Assembly: GCA_951406725.2 (NCBI GenBank)
Contig: OX597821.1
Coordinates: 10,168,001 to 10,232,000, forward strand
DNA: 64,000 nucleotides
Origin: Octopus vulgaris
Taxonomy: Eukaryota
Reading direction: 5' to 3'
In this document: positions 15,901 to 28,530 of the stretch, in pieces
How the letters are laid out: the number at the start of each line of letters is the position of its first letter
Position numbering within the stretch: the first letter of the stretch is position 1
Translations under genes and position numbers: made by a program
Notes under the pieces: generated by a model
Seen by the model: the letters and a program-made list of their open reading frames with translations, nothing else
Databases searched by the model: none
What the model was told of the DNA's origin: nothing

Positions 15901-16706
15901 CTAGCATTATGACCCGTCTTTGCCGAGTCATAGTGCTAGTGCATGTATGTATGTGTATATATATGTGTACATATTACATGTACATCTACATATATATATA
16001 TACATATACACATAAAACACAAAATACAAAGTTATATGTTGATATCGCTAGTGATAACAATACTGAAAATATATAACTGACTGGAATTGTAGGACTATTC
16101 CATTTCTGCACGCTAATTTTATTTTTAATTTATTCCCATTCATGTGAAACCACTTATTCAAGTTCAAGTCATTGATGCAATTTAATACAAATTGCTATTT
16201 TTACTTATGTTATGTTACGATTAAATTATACTTTAGTTTGATTTTAATTATTACTTACTACATATGCTTCAATTGCTATTAATATCTCTAATTTTTATTT
16301 TTAAAGTGAAAGTATCTGACATATAATAGAGATATGTTTTTGTTTCACTTTTAACACGTAATACTGAAATAGTGGATAAGATATGATATTGCTATGGGCT
16401 GGCCTTAGGCAAGAAGTTGAACATTGTTTTGCCCATGAAACTACATGAACCCTAAGTAAGTCAGGTGTAAAATTTGAATGAAATTGGTTGTGTAGTTCTC
16501 AAGTTTTTGGGAATCGTACTGGAGAAGATATGATATTGCTGTAGGCTCACCCTAGGCAAAAAGTTAAATGTTTTTTGCCAACAACACTCCCCGGACACTA
16601 AGTAAGCCATGTGTAAAATTTGAATGAAATTAGTTGTGTAGTTCTCAACTTTTAGGGAAACACACAGACAGACAGACACACATTCTCAGTTTCATATATA
16701 GAGAGA
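15901..16706 (-). mobile_element. Non-autonomous Helitron-like element
   Basis: Minus strand begins A|TC (16706) and ends in a GC hairpin plus CTAG|T (15901). Contains two ~150-bp tandem units (about 16378-16655). Same terminal layout as 48908-49290. Confidence 0.55.
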
Positions 16707-16719
16707 TAATAATAATAAT

Positions 16720-17930
16720 CTCAACACCAAATACAGCTATTTAGGTTTGACATAGAATGCTTAAAAAGACTTTAACTTTGACAAGACTATCAAACCTACG
16801 AGAATCCGAAAATTAAAGGAAAAAATATATGAAAACTATATTTGACATAGATATCACCATAGAAATTATCAAGGAAAAGGTATGTGCTACAACCGCCCGC
16901 ATAGCAAGGTATGACAAGCGTGTTCGATTCTTGAAGGGCAACAGTATGTTCAATAATAATCCAAACATTTAGAGGCAGATAGGGAAAATACCAAGAACAG
17001 TAAAATCTGCCCCATCAAAACAAGAAATGCAGGAATTTTAGAATAGAAGTCAAGCAAAAATGCCTTCACAGAGAGCCATGATCTGCTAACAAAACTGTAC
17101 AGCAATGTTTTGCAAAAATCTAAAATGATTCCCTCATGCCTAGTTAATAGTGTAACATATTTACTTCCAATAAATGAAGAAACAAATGAATCAAAAAATT
17201 ATAAACCCATTACTTACCTAACGACAATGTATAAAATGAGCAAAAGAGATGTAAGCGTGGGCCTATGGTTGTAAGGATCAACTACTTATTAATAAGATGA
17301 TCTTCCAAGATTGTCACAAACGATACAAAAACTTGTCGATGGCATGGAGTACTATAAAACAAGCATATCATATTTTACCACATAGTTAGATTAATAAATG
17401 CCTGGAAAGTTATAAAATTACATCTACCCTGAACAGAGAGAAAGAATCCCTTAATGCTGGAGATGTAAGTATTTAATGTGACACTTTCCAGGGTGAATCT
17501 CTATCGACAATCCATTTTTGTCTAGCCTTATTACCTCACTCGATTATGTACAATGCGGTTTAAAATGTTTGATAAAAATATACTTCATCTCATTTACAGG
17601 GATGATATAAAAATCTTTGAAAATATGACCAACAACTACAGGGCTTAACAGCAATTGTTAAACAATTCAGTGGAGACAACAGGATGCATTTTTGCCTCGA
17701 TAAAGGTGTTAAAGATGCAATTATCAAAGGAAAATGACAGAAACATCCAATGTTAATCTTGACTGGCGGAAAGTCATAAAGGAGTTACAACCAGCGTAGA
17801 GATACAAATACCTTTGGGTATTTGAAAATAAAGCAATCAAACATTCAGTGATGAGGGAAAGGATCAGAAGAGAATGTTATCGTAGGGAAAGGGCAATACT
17901 CAAGACAGAGCTGAATGCAAGAAACAGGAG
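16720..17930 (+). mobile_element. Decayed R4/Dong-like non-LTR reverse transcriptase
   Basis: KNYKPITYLTTMYK, EQKRCK..GCKDQLLINKMI, FQGESLS, HLIYRDDIKIF and YKYLWVFE in order. Preceded by a short (TAA)n. Frameshifted. Confidence 0.75.
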
Positions 17931-18113
17931 CTAAGAAATTCTTAAAGAGTGCTGCAATAAACATGCGAATCTGAGGTAGGAAGTCCTTCTATTAATAAAT
18001 GTTCTAAATGTTCTAAATTTATAATTGTTCTAAAATCTATACAGCCTTGATTTTTTATCGAATTACGAAAGAATTTGTATATATATATAAATATGCATGT
18101 GTGTGTATGTACG

Positions 18114-18188
<75 letters not shown>

Positions 18189-18399
18189 AATAAATATTAG
18201 GGAATAATCCAAATTTACAGGGAAAAATCAGATTTAGGATTGAATCTAATTTTATGTCTCAAAGATGTGCTGAAATAAGACATGAAACGATCGTAGTGGT
18301 TATTTATAATTGTTAAATTTCTAAATTTATATAAATTAATTTATGTATTGGTTTAAGTCTTTCTTTGTTTGATTTGCATAATAGTGGTTTTGTCTCTAA

Positions 18400-18400
<1 letters not shown>
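18189..18400 (+). mobile_element. Internally deleted relative of the 8461-10997 element with a half hammerhead
   Basis: 18191-18254 matches 8463-8527 and 18340-18400 matches 10938-10997. Retains atgtct..agacat GAAA cgatcg TA gtgg but lacks CUGANGA. Confidence 0.8.
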
Positions 18401-18447
<47 letters not shown>

Positions 18448-18486
18448 GAAAGAAGGTTTGAAAATGCAATTTTAAAATATATCTAT

Positions 18487-18531
18487 TTACTTTACCAGTT
18501 TCACTCTTTGGAAAAAGATTGTCAAAAGTAA
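18487..18531 (-). ncRNA. Type I hammerhead ribozyme, U3/A8 core variant
   Basis: Reverse complement: ttactt TTGACAA tcttt-ttcc-aaaga gt GAAA ctgg TA aagtaa. Perfect 6-bp stem I. Confidence 0.75.
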
Positions 18532-18823
18532 CATGTAAATATGGTTGCGTTAATTATTGGTTGTTACAAAATGCTACATTACAACATACAGTCTTTGGTA
18601 ACAAGGACATGTTAAGGACATAAAGTTTTACAAGTTCCTGAAGATATTGAGCACAACAGATTACAGCATAAATAATCATTCTCAAGAACATGTTAAAGAT
18701 AGTTTCCAGAAGGAATTATTAAAAAGTTCAGTAGGATATTGGTATTGTATCTGTATATTCAAACACGCTCATAATATTGGTTGACACAGAGTACTACAAT
18801 ACATATATATACATTCTTTCGTG

Positions 18824-19513
18824 ACAAGAGCATGTTAAGAACATAAAAAAGTTTAGCAAGTTCATTGAAATATTGGGCACAAAAGATTACAACAAATATA
18901 TTATACATTCTCAGGATAATTTCCAGAAGGAATTATTAAAAAGTTCAGTGGAATATTGGTATACACGCACAGAATATTATGAGTTCAAAAGGGTTTACAT
19001 TATAATAGTAGGGAAGCTAAAACTGACCTGTCCACCATGTTAACATAAAAGAATATTATCTATTCCAAGGGACACTGTAGGTGTGTTTGGGTGGGGGGAA
19101 GGAGGAGTAATGTGGAACTGAAAGGAATTTCTCCTTTTGTCTCTCTTTCAAGCATCAATGATTTGGCGGATTGGCTTTAGAGGTCCGGATGGTTTGAGTG
19201 TGTGTCTTTGTGTGTGTATATACATATGTGGTGTGAATAGATGTGTCTGTGTGTTTGTAAAATCTGGTAGGATGGTGTGTGTATATGTGTGCCCGTTTGT
19301 CAACCGTGTGTGTGATTGTCTTCCCTACTATTATAATGTAAACCCTTTTGAACTCATAATATTCTGTGCGTGTATACCAATATTCCACTGAACTTTTTAA
19401 TAATTCCTTCTGGAAATTATCCTGAGAATGTATAATATATTTGTTGTAATCTTTTGTGCCCAATATTTCAATGAACTTGTTAAACTTTTTTATGTTCTTA
19501 ACATGCTCTTGTC
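18824..19513. repeat. ~190-bp near-perfect inverted repeat (18824-19017 / 19320-19513)
   Basis: Direct comparison. A more diverged direct copy of part of the arm lies at ~18599-18745. Confidence 0.92.
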
Positions 19514-19629
19514 TCCAAAGAATGTATAAGGAGATATGGCTGCGTTAACGGAACCTCTTTTCAATAACACACACACACACACACACACATACATCCATTT
19601 CTAAGTAAGATTGTTCTTGATATTTATAA

Positions 19630-20240
19630 CGATGCGCACTTTTAACCTTTCTGTCCCCTCTCTTTCTCAGCCTTCATTCTTTCTGGTTCCCTTTTCTTCT
19701 ACCTTACTGTCTCTCCCTCTCTCTCTCTCATTCTTCATTCTTTCTGGTTTCCTCACAACCATTCCCTTTTTTCTGTTTCCCTTTCTCTTGCTCCTCCTCC
19801 TCCCTCCCGTCGTTGACCCGCGACAAGAAATCTGCTACTGTCTTTCTGAACCGGCTTCCTTGAAGTGTAAACGGCATTTTCTTTTGCTCCTTCGCCATAC
19901 TCAAAAATAGCGTTCGTAACACTTTATCTCGTTCGGCTTAACAGCCCTTCTTGTTTTGTTTTTCTCCTTGTCCTGGCTTTTACTGTTTATATTTTGTACT
20001 GTCGTTACTGACCTGTTTTTGATACCATTTTTACCCCTCCGCAAAAAGATCTAAAATCTTATTTAATTTACATTTCGCGGGAAGGAAAGTTTCTATCGAA
20101 AATGCGTATCGCCTTCACCTTCGAAACGTAGAGTAGATGAAACCATGGCGTCTGAAGAAGGGGAATTTTTTCCTTGTGTTATTTGTCCTGTACTCTATTT
20201 TTTCGTTGTTTAAGAAACATGTCCAGTTCCTTGGTTTTGT
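19630..20240 (+). mobile_element. pLTR-like repeat, related to 33660-34200 (minus)
   Basis: Shared blocks cagcccttcttgtt, ccctccgcaaaa..ttatttaattt and GAAA..CTGANG. Confidence 0.55.
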
Positions 20241-20251
20241 GTATATATATC

Positions 20252-20414
20252 GACGCAGGAGTAGCTGTGTGGTAAGTAGCTTGTTTACCAACCACATGGT
20301 TCCGGGTTCAGTCCCACTGCGTGGCACCTTGGGCAAGTGTCTTCTACTATAGCCTCGGGCCGACCAAAGCCTTGTGAGTGGATTTGGTAGGCGGAAACTG
20401 AAAGAAGCCCCTCG

Positions 20415-20454
<40 letters not shown>

Positions 20455-20660
20455 CGTGTGTGTTTGTGTGTGTGTGTTTGTCCCCCTAGCATTGTTTGAC
20501 AACCAATGCTGGTGTGTTTATGTCCCCGTCACATAGCGGTTCGGCAAAAGAGACCGATAGAATAAGTACTGGGCTTACAAAGAATAAGTCCCGGGGTCGA
20601 TTTGCTCGATTAAAGACGGTGCTCTAGCATGACCGCAGTCAAAATGACTGAAACAAGTAA
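20252..20660 (+). mobile_element. tRNA-headed SINE, near full length
   Basis: A-box-like tagctgtgtggtaag, B-box ggttcagtccc, internal (TA)n(TG)n and an A-rich tail. Partial copies at ~13497-13697, 34410-34655, 38310-38610 (+) and 40760-40919 (-). Confidence 0.85.
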
Positions 20661-20667
20661 AAAAAAA

Positions 20668-20713
<46 letters not shown>

Positions 20714-20813
20714 TATATATTCATAATGGCCACAGCTCATTAGCTGAAACTGGAAAAATCAAAATCAAAATCAATCATATATGTATGTATGTATGTATGT
20801 ATATATCATGGAT

Positions 20814-20863
<50 letters not shown>

Positions 20864-21564
20864 GCTTATTTATAAGAAAATACATGTGAACTTAAATTTA
20901 CACGTAAGCATCTATGCATGGCTGTGTATCTGTATACGAAGAACAGCATACTTAAATGTTATAGTTTCTTTCCTACGACAATTATATCGCTTTCATGTGT
21001 ATAGAAAATATGTAAAATATGAACTAAGATGCAGAGAAATATATACCTGTGGAAAAACTGAAATCATATAATAAATAGAAATGTAAAAATTGAAATGCAA
21101 CACATTAATAACTCATAGAAACATAACAATCATGTATACCTGCAAAATCATATATATATATTCATTCACATGGACACTTATGTAATGGTGAAAAATATTT
21201 AAAGAAATAGATTTATATAAATGTTGGAATGTTTTCTTTAATAAGTTGAATGCAAGCATGAATAAACATACATGAAGAAGAAAACTTTCACGTGGATTAA
21301 CGTAATCCCAGAAAGGAAACTGTCACACACATATTTTCATTCGGATTCGTAAGCTACACAGCTAGTAAAAACGAAAAGCTTTTGTTTCTAATAGAACCAT
21401 GGTTCCGCTTTGTAATTTACAGGAGAATTAGAAGCTAGTTCGCGGTGGTGTGTGTCAGAGACAGTAATTCCTATATATATACACACACACATACACTTAT
21501 ATATATGTGGGGGCGGGGCTGTTTCTATGTATATATATATATACATATATATAGACATACATAA

Positions 21565-21603
<39 letters not shown>

Positions 21604-21626
21604 TATACGTACATATATATACATAT

Positions 21627-21676
<50 letters not shown>

Positions 21677-21695
21677 ATATGTATATATATGTACG

Positions 21696-21754
<59 letters not shown>

Positions 21755-21764
21755 TTATGTATTT

Positions 21765-23328
21765 ATTTTTTAAATGTCTTGCTTTGAAAAACTGCATTTG
21801 GGTATGATTAGTATAATTTTGGTAGTAATGACTTTGTCCCTCCTAGTGTGAGGCATTTATGTGTAATAATGCCCTCTATACAATATAGATATAATTAATT
21901 TGTTCAAAAGGAAAAGAATTATTTTCGGATTCTTTTCTTTTATGAGGTTTTCACGCTAGCTACCCGATAATTTCTTGTTAAGATCCCTTATTAAGAGATT
22001 ATCCTTAATTGTTAAACTTATTCCGAAATACTTTTCATTACCCGACATGCAGTTCGTAAAAAGCCCGCCATTTACCGGATATATGATTTATAAACATTCC
22101 ATGTGCTTGGCCGGAGTGAGCAGTTGTCTGTTCGTCTTCGCTACGTAAGGTTGGTAGTTTATTTATGATGTGTTCAGAATCAGTTCTGCTGACGATCATT
22201 AGACGTAAGTTGAATGTGAAATCACGGTGATACAGAACTAAATTCATTTTTTAAATGTCTTGCTTTGAAAATCTGCATTTGGGTATGATTAGTATAATTT
22301 TGGTAGTAATGACTTTGTCCCTCCTAGTGTGAGGCATTTATGTGTAATAATGCCCTCTATACAATATAGATATAATTAATTTGTTCAAAAGGAAAAGAAT
22401 TATTTTCGGATTCTTTTCTTTTATGAGGTTTTCACGCTAGCTACCCGATAATTTCTTGTTAAGATCCCTTATTAAGAGATTATCCTTAATTGTTAAACTT
22501 ATTCCGAAATACTTTTCATTACCCGACATGCAGTTCGTAAAAGCCCGCCATTTACCGGATATATGATTTATAAACATTCCATGTGCTTGGCCGGAGTGAG
22601 CAGTTGTCTGTTCGTCTTCGCTACGTAAGGTTGGTAGTTTATTTATGATGTGTTCAGAATCAGTTCTGCTGACGATCATTAGACGTAAGTTGAATGTGAA
22701 ATCACGGTGATACAGAACTAAATTCATTTTTTAAATGTCTTGCTTTGAAAATCTGCATTTGGGTATGATTAGTATAATTTTGGTAGTAATGACTTTGTCC
22801 CTCCTAGTGTGAGGCATTTATGTGTAATAATGCCCTCTATACAATATAGATATAATTAATTTGTTCAAAAGAAAAAAATTATTTTCGGATTCTTTTCTTT
22901 TATGAGGTTTTCACGCTAGCTACCCGATAATTTCTTGTTAAGATCCCTTATTAAGAGATTATCCTTAATTGTTAAACTTATTCCGAAATACTTTTCATTA
23001 CCCGACATGCAGTTCGTAAAAAGCCCGCCATTTACCGGATATATGATTTATAAACATTCCATGTGCTTGGCCGGAGTGAGCAGTTGTCTGTTCGTCTTCG
23101 CTACGTAAGGTTGGTAGTTTATTTATGATGTGTTCAGAATCAGTTCTGCTGACGATCATTAGACGTAAGTTGAATGTGAAATCACGGTGATACAGAACTA
23201 AATTCATTTTTTAAATGTCTTGCTTTGAAAAACTGCATTTGGGTATGATTAGTATAATTTTGGTAGTAATGACTTTGTCCCTCCTAGTGTGAGGCATTTA
23301 TGTGTAATAATGCCCTCTATACAATATA
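21765..23328. repeat. Tandem array of 480/481-bp units (about 3.25 copies, nearly identical)
   Basis: taaatgtcttgctttg recurs at 21771, 22252, 22732 and 23212. The same minus ORF appears three times in the track. Bounded by (TA)n. Confidence 0.97.
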
Positions 23329-23329
23329 A

Positions 23330-23378
<49 letters not shown>

Positions 23379-23559
23379 TAAAATGTAAAGCTTTGTATAA
23401 GCTTTGTTTTGTTAAAAATGGTTATCACAAACGTATTATAATACGGTTATACAGTCTTTGACTATGACAAAGAAAATTTAAAAAACAGTGTGCATGAAAA
23501 CATTCAAGAAAGTGAATACAATAAGTATTTTAGTTCAATAAAAATCAGGTTTGTGTGAT

Positions 23560-23658
<99 letters not shown>

Positions 23659-23800
23659 ATATATACAGAAGGAGATATCCTTAAGACTTTACAAAATTTG
23701 GAGAGAATCAAATGACCTCTCTATTTGTATATATTTATATATATTTGTATATAAAAAAAGAAATATATCGATTTAACTATTAACATACATTTGTATACAT

Positions 23801-23894
<94 letters not shown>

Positions 23895-24224
23895 TAGCTG
23901 ACGTACACGGTAACTCTTGGAAAAGGGAAGCTTATCCCTTGCTTCCGTTCTCATAATTGTATTGCTAAACCAGTAACAACAATACAAAGTATGTATCCCT
24001 TAAAACAGTTTTTGTTTTGTGCATTTACAGAGAATGCCGAAGAGTCTTACACATGATCTTGCTTTTAGGAATTCCTAATAAGTTATGAATACCCAGATTG
24101 TGAAGCCAGTTATGTAATAACCAAATCTGGAATTGCCTTGACCTCCTATACCTTGCAACCGGGTGTCCAGTTCAAGCAATGCCACATTATTTGAAAACGA
24201 ACCTCCACCAAATATTCTGCCTAT

Positions 24225-24413
24225 ATGACTGTGCACACATTTGAATGCAGTGTACGCCAGAAGGGTTGCAAATTCAACGGAGGCCTCAAAAGACATGTTA
24301 TGATCCACAAAGAGCAGAATTTATCTGCAGGTCTTAGTGGTACAAATCAGAGGTGCAATCTATGCGCGTGTCTTTTTAGAACATTGCCTGGTTTAAATGT
24401 TGATGAGGTGTAA
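24225..24413 (+). pseudogene. Degenerate C2H2 zinc-finger fragment, probably a LINE 3' end
   Basis: FECSVRQKGCKFNGGLKRHVMIH followed by CNLCACLFRTLPGL. Confidence 0.4.
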
Positions 24414-24453
24414 GTACAAGAGGCGGTGAAACTCTCTATAAGGAGTGGTCAAC

Positions 24454-24540
<87 letters not shown>

Positions 24541-24732
24541 ATATGTGCGTGTGTGCGTGAGTCTGTGTGTATATGGCCAACAGTTTATATTTTCAATATA
24601 TATATAAATACATATATACACATATATGGATGTATATATACATATATAAATACACATATATGTATATATATATATATATATACATAAATAAATACCCATA
24701 TGTGTATGGCTATATATATGTGTATGTATATG

Positions 24733-24770
<38 letters not shown>

Positions 24771-24854
24771 TTCAGACCACGAGAGATAGAAATGATGTTC
24801 TTGAAGCCGAATATATTAAACTTAAGGAAAAAAAAAAGACGAAAACATGTGGTC

Positions 24855-24993
24855 TAGACAACAAACAGATGTATTAGTATAACGCTCGGGAAGTGAAAAT
24901 GTCTTTAACGTTTCGAGTCTGCGCTCTTCCACAGATAGAAGCAAAGAAAGAAAATAATGTGTAGTTGCTAGCGATCTATCGTGGCGAATGCCC

Positions 24994-24997
<4 letters not shown>
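24855..24997 (-). mobile_element. Partial solo pLTR (3690/57280 family)
   Basis: aacgctcgggaagtgaaaa..aacgtttcgag..cgctct..cacaga matches 57317-57372. Confidence 0.75.
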
Positions 24998-25043
<46 letters not shown>

Positions 25044-25048
<5 letters not shown>

Positions 25049-25589
25049 AATGAGATAGGGGTTGAAAATTCAACCCACCATGGGATAATATATATCCAAT
25101 ATACTGCTAGATAGGTACCCAACAAAATTAATACATAGATGTTAAAAATTGTCAAACAATTATATGTGTATTATATTATATAAGTGTAGCATTATGATGT
25201 ATAAGTTTTTATATTTTACATTTTTATATTTTTATATTTATATGTATATGATTATATAATATTTTTCACTATTATAACAAATTTAATTTAATTCTCTGAA
25301 GAGGCCGTGGGGCATCCTTGTTAATGCCTCATTTATACCTGCCTTTATGGCTTATAGGTTAAATGAGGTATGACTGTCCTCACTGCCGAAACAGCTGTCA
25401 GTTTTGATTTATTTGCATATTATATTTGAAATTTTTTACTTATATCTCTTTATCTTTTTACTATTACTGTATATCTCATTTCATTTTATATATTGCCTTT
25501 ACTCATATGTAATGGTGTATTAAAGTATGGATTGAGTATCATCGGATAGTTGATGTTTTATTGATTTAAGTATGTTTCTCCATTCTCTA

Positions 25590-25592
<3 letters not shown>
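25044..25592 (+). mobile_element. Non-coding PLE-type terminal-repeat element within (TA)n
   Basis: Flanked by TA tracts, contains an HHR, and ends in tctctaat like the 8461-10997 family. Confidence 0.6.
25294..25401 (+). ncRNA. Hammerhead ribozyme with long extended stem II
   Basis: ct CTGAAGA ggc..(85-nt hairpin incl. atgcctcattt/aaatgaggtat)..gcc GAAA cagctg TC ag. Stem I is only 2 bp in this copy. Confidence 0.75.
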
Positions 25593-25641
<49 letters not shown>

Positions 25642-25714
25642 TATATATATATATATATGCATATATATATATATGTATATATATGTATACAAACACACAC
25701 ACACTCACACACAC

Positions 25715-25761
<47 letters not shown>

Positions 25762-25769
<8 letters not shown>

Positions 25770-28020
25770 CGAGACACGTGTTCTGCATATTGAATACACC
25801 TCGAAGTACCCAAGAGATTTGAACGTGAGTTGGTAGATTAGTAAATGCAATGACAAGCAACTTAGCTAATCGTTTTACACAGAATATTAAATATATTTTA
25901 TAGAAAAAATGTGTATGTGTATGGATTTAAAACAGTTTCTCTTACTTTATATAAATGATATGAGGATTGAAATGGGTATCGTTTTAGATCAATATCTGAT
26001 CCTGTCGGCAGGGTGATCTGGAATAACGAGTTACTTGGATCCATTATCGAGTAACTCCACTTCTGTCTTCATAGGAGAATTTTACACTCGAGAATTTTAC
26101 ATTTAATATGTTGATAGGATGGAACTAAAATATGGAAATTATTTTGTGGAAAACTAAGTCTGTTAGGAAGGAGATTTGCGGTGATGTCATACAAAGTATT
26201 AGGTAGAGAAAGCAGATTTCAGTTTTAGGGTTCATAGTATGGAAAGTGATAGTAGTAATGCGGGAGGAATGGAAAAGGCTGTTTTAGGTAGTATGTGAAT
26301 AACGAGCTTTGTGACAGTTTGTATGAAGGCTATATCGTTAAAGTTTGAGATAGGGAAAAGGGCTTATTATTAATTGGGGAAAATGACTTGACTGGTTCAG
26401 TTGCTAAAATGGGTGTGAGGAGGTGGCTAAAAATGTAGTTGCTATTGGAACAAAGGAATTGGAATGGTAATGGAGGGGTGTTGTGGTAAAGGCAGGAGCA
26501 TGAAATTGAATGCAGAGGTGGAGCAGGGAGGGGTAGCGGTACAATGGTTAGATTTCAAAGGTTTTGTTGAGTATTGTTTGAGGTTTGGGAAGATGGAGAG
26601 TCTAAGAAGAAAGTGAGGATTGGTTGATTTGGAAGAAATATTAGAGGTCTGGATCGGAAGGGATCATATGGGGCAGTTCGTATTTATAAGTAGTAGGTTG
26701 CAAGACTGGCTTTTATTTTAGATTAAACTTTTGGGGGGACGGGGTAGCTTATTATAAGATTATATAGATTTAGTGAAATGCGTGAAAGTTGAGTAGTATC
26801 AGTGTTTATAAGAATAAATAAAAACACAAAATCTTTTGAGAAACGAGCAGTTATGAAGGAGGAGAATTTTTAATCATTCTTTGATTCATAACTTACCGAT
26901 ATTTGCATTGTATGGGGAGCTTCACTTACTATGGGCCAGTATAAGGTGTATGGATTGTTTTGCGATTTGAATTTGTGTATGTACGTTGCTAACGAGGAAG
27001 ACTTCACATGTGCACGGTAGCAGCGCTTGAAATCTGTATGTGGGCTAAATTGGAGTGTAGTGTGAGAGTTCAGGTTTTCAGCGGACTGGTGTTGGAGTTT
27101 CCGCTTGTTCGAGGTAGCGATTATGTATCCTGAATTTGGTAGGGTAGAGTTGGAGATTTTTCACAGATGATTTGTTAAAGTTGGGATAGTATTCATACTG
27201 TGGTGGGAAATTAAATTTTAGATTTTAAAGAAGAATTTAGATAGAAATTGAACTTGCAAAAAAAAGGGTGGTGTAAAACTATAACATTTCACTCTTCCTG
27301 GCTTTAGATTGTTTAAATTTGTAGTAAGCTGATTAGGAGGGGGTTAGTTGTTATAGGCTCGGTGTGACCAGTGGTGTGGTCGAGTGCTATGTATAGGGGT
27401 CTTTTTGTGGAGTTGTTGGATTGGTGTAGAGTGGAAATAGTGCCCTTAGATTCAAGGTTATTACTGGGGAAGAGATGTGCTATTTTAGCATTAGGTTTAA
27501 TGTTGAAGATATAATAATTGTCTTTTTCGCGGAAACCGCTTATTTCAAGCGCTTAATTTTAATAGGACAGGAGGTTAGTGTTAAAAATTTCTTCGTTAGA
27601 AGATAAGTTGGAGAGCCTGACAGATATACTTGTTACTATGCTATTAAGGGTAAGCTTACTATGATTTAAGAGGACAGTTATGTATTGTAACGATTGGTTT
27701 GATTCATGGAAGGGGTTTGGTTTAAGTCGAGAGTAACGTCTAAGAAACTGGAGATGTAATATTACATTTGGGAGATAAGAAATAGGTCCACAGGTTCGGT
27801 GACCTAGGATGAGTATGATGCGCCTACGGTTATATCAAAGTGATCAAGTTACCAAACTAAAGCAAATGGCTGTGTTGTTTATAATGAAGAGAGTCAAAGC
27901 AAGTGATGACGTCTCCAGTGCAATTCCAGAATGGAAGCATAATGTTAGTTCTAAGAAGGGGTTGACTACGGTCACGTTACTAATTCGACCCAAGTCATAT
28001 TGTGGTCCTCCTGGCTGAAA
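25762..28020 (-). mobile_element. Decayed Penelope-like (Naiad-like) element: RT C-terminus, GIY-YIG and 3' region
   Basis: Minus [44 protein letters not shown] (~27750-27575) and TDFKRCYRAH..SSLATYIHKFK (~27040-26965), homologous to the 43457 ORF. Confidence 0.85.
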
Positions 28021-28064
28021 TGTTAGTTTATATAGTTACATTGTATTTAGCAGACACACACACA

Positions 28065-28160
<96 letters not shown>

Positions 28161-28496
28161 TAAGTGTAATGTAATAATAGGTAATTATACACTAAGAGAA
28201 AAACCACGAAGTGGCTCTTTTACTTGCTGAAGAAAATGCCCGATCTTCAAACCAAGTAAGATACATTCTTATACGTAGCGTGTTGCATGTAAACAGGAAT
28301 ATGATATGAAAAAAAATGTATGAATTTGTTTCACATTGTTTTGTCTGCTTACATCCAACCCGTTATGTATGAAAACTTATTTTTCGTGGCTTCAATATCT
28401 GACATCTTTCTACAAGCAGGGAAGGCACTTGTGGTTTTTCTTTGAGTGTATATTTACCCATGTTTATACATACTTGTATATACAAACATGCATACT

Positions 28497-28529
<33 letters not shown>

Positions 28530-28530
<1 letters not shown>

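Noticed and set aside
20252-20330. Functional tRNA gene
   Set aside because: A and B boxes are present, but the sequence continues into a SINE body repeated elsewhere in the window.
21765-23328. CRISPR-like or multi-copy gene array
   Set aside because: Units are identical 480-bp tandems with no unique spacers, in a eukaryotic context.
25925-26085. Minus-strand hammerhead in the 3' region of the 25762-28020 element
   Set aside because: Only ATGAAGA, hairpins and a distant GAAA are present; stems I and III cannot be closed.
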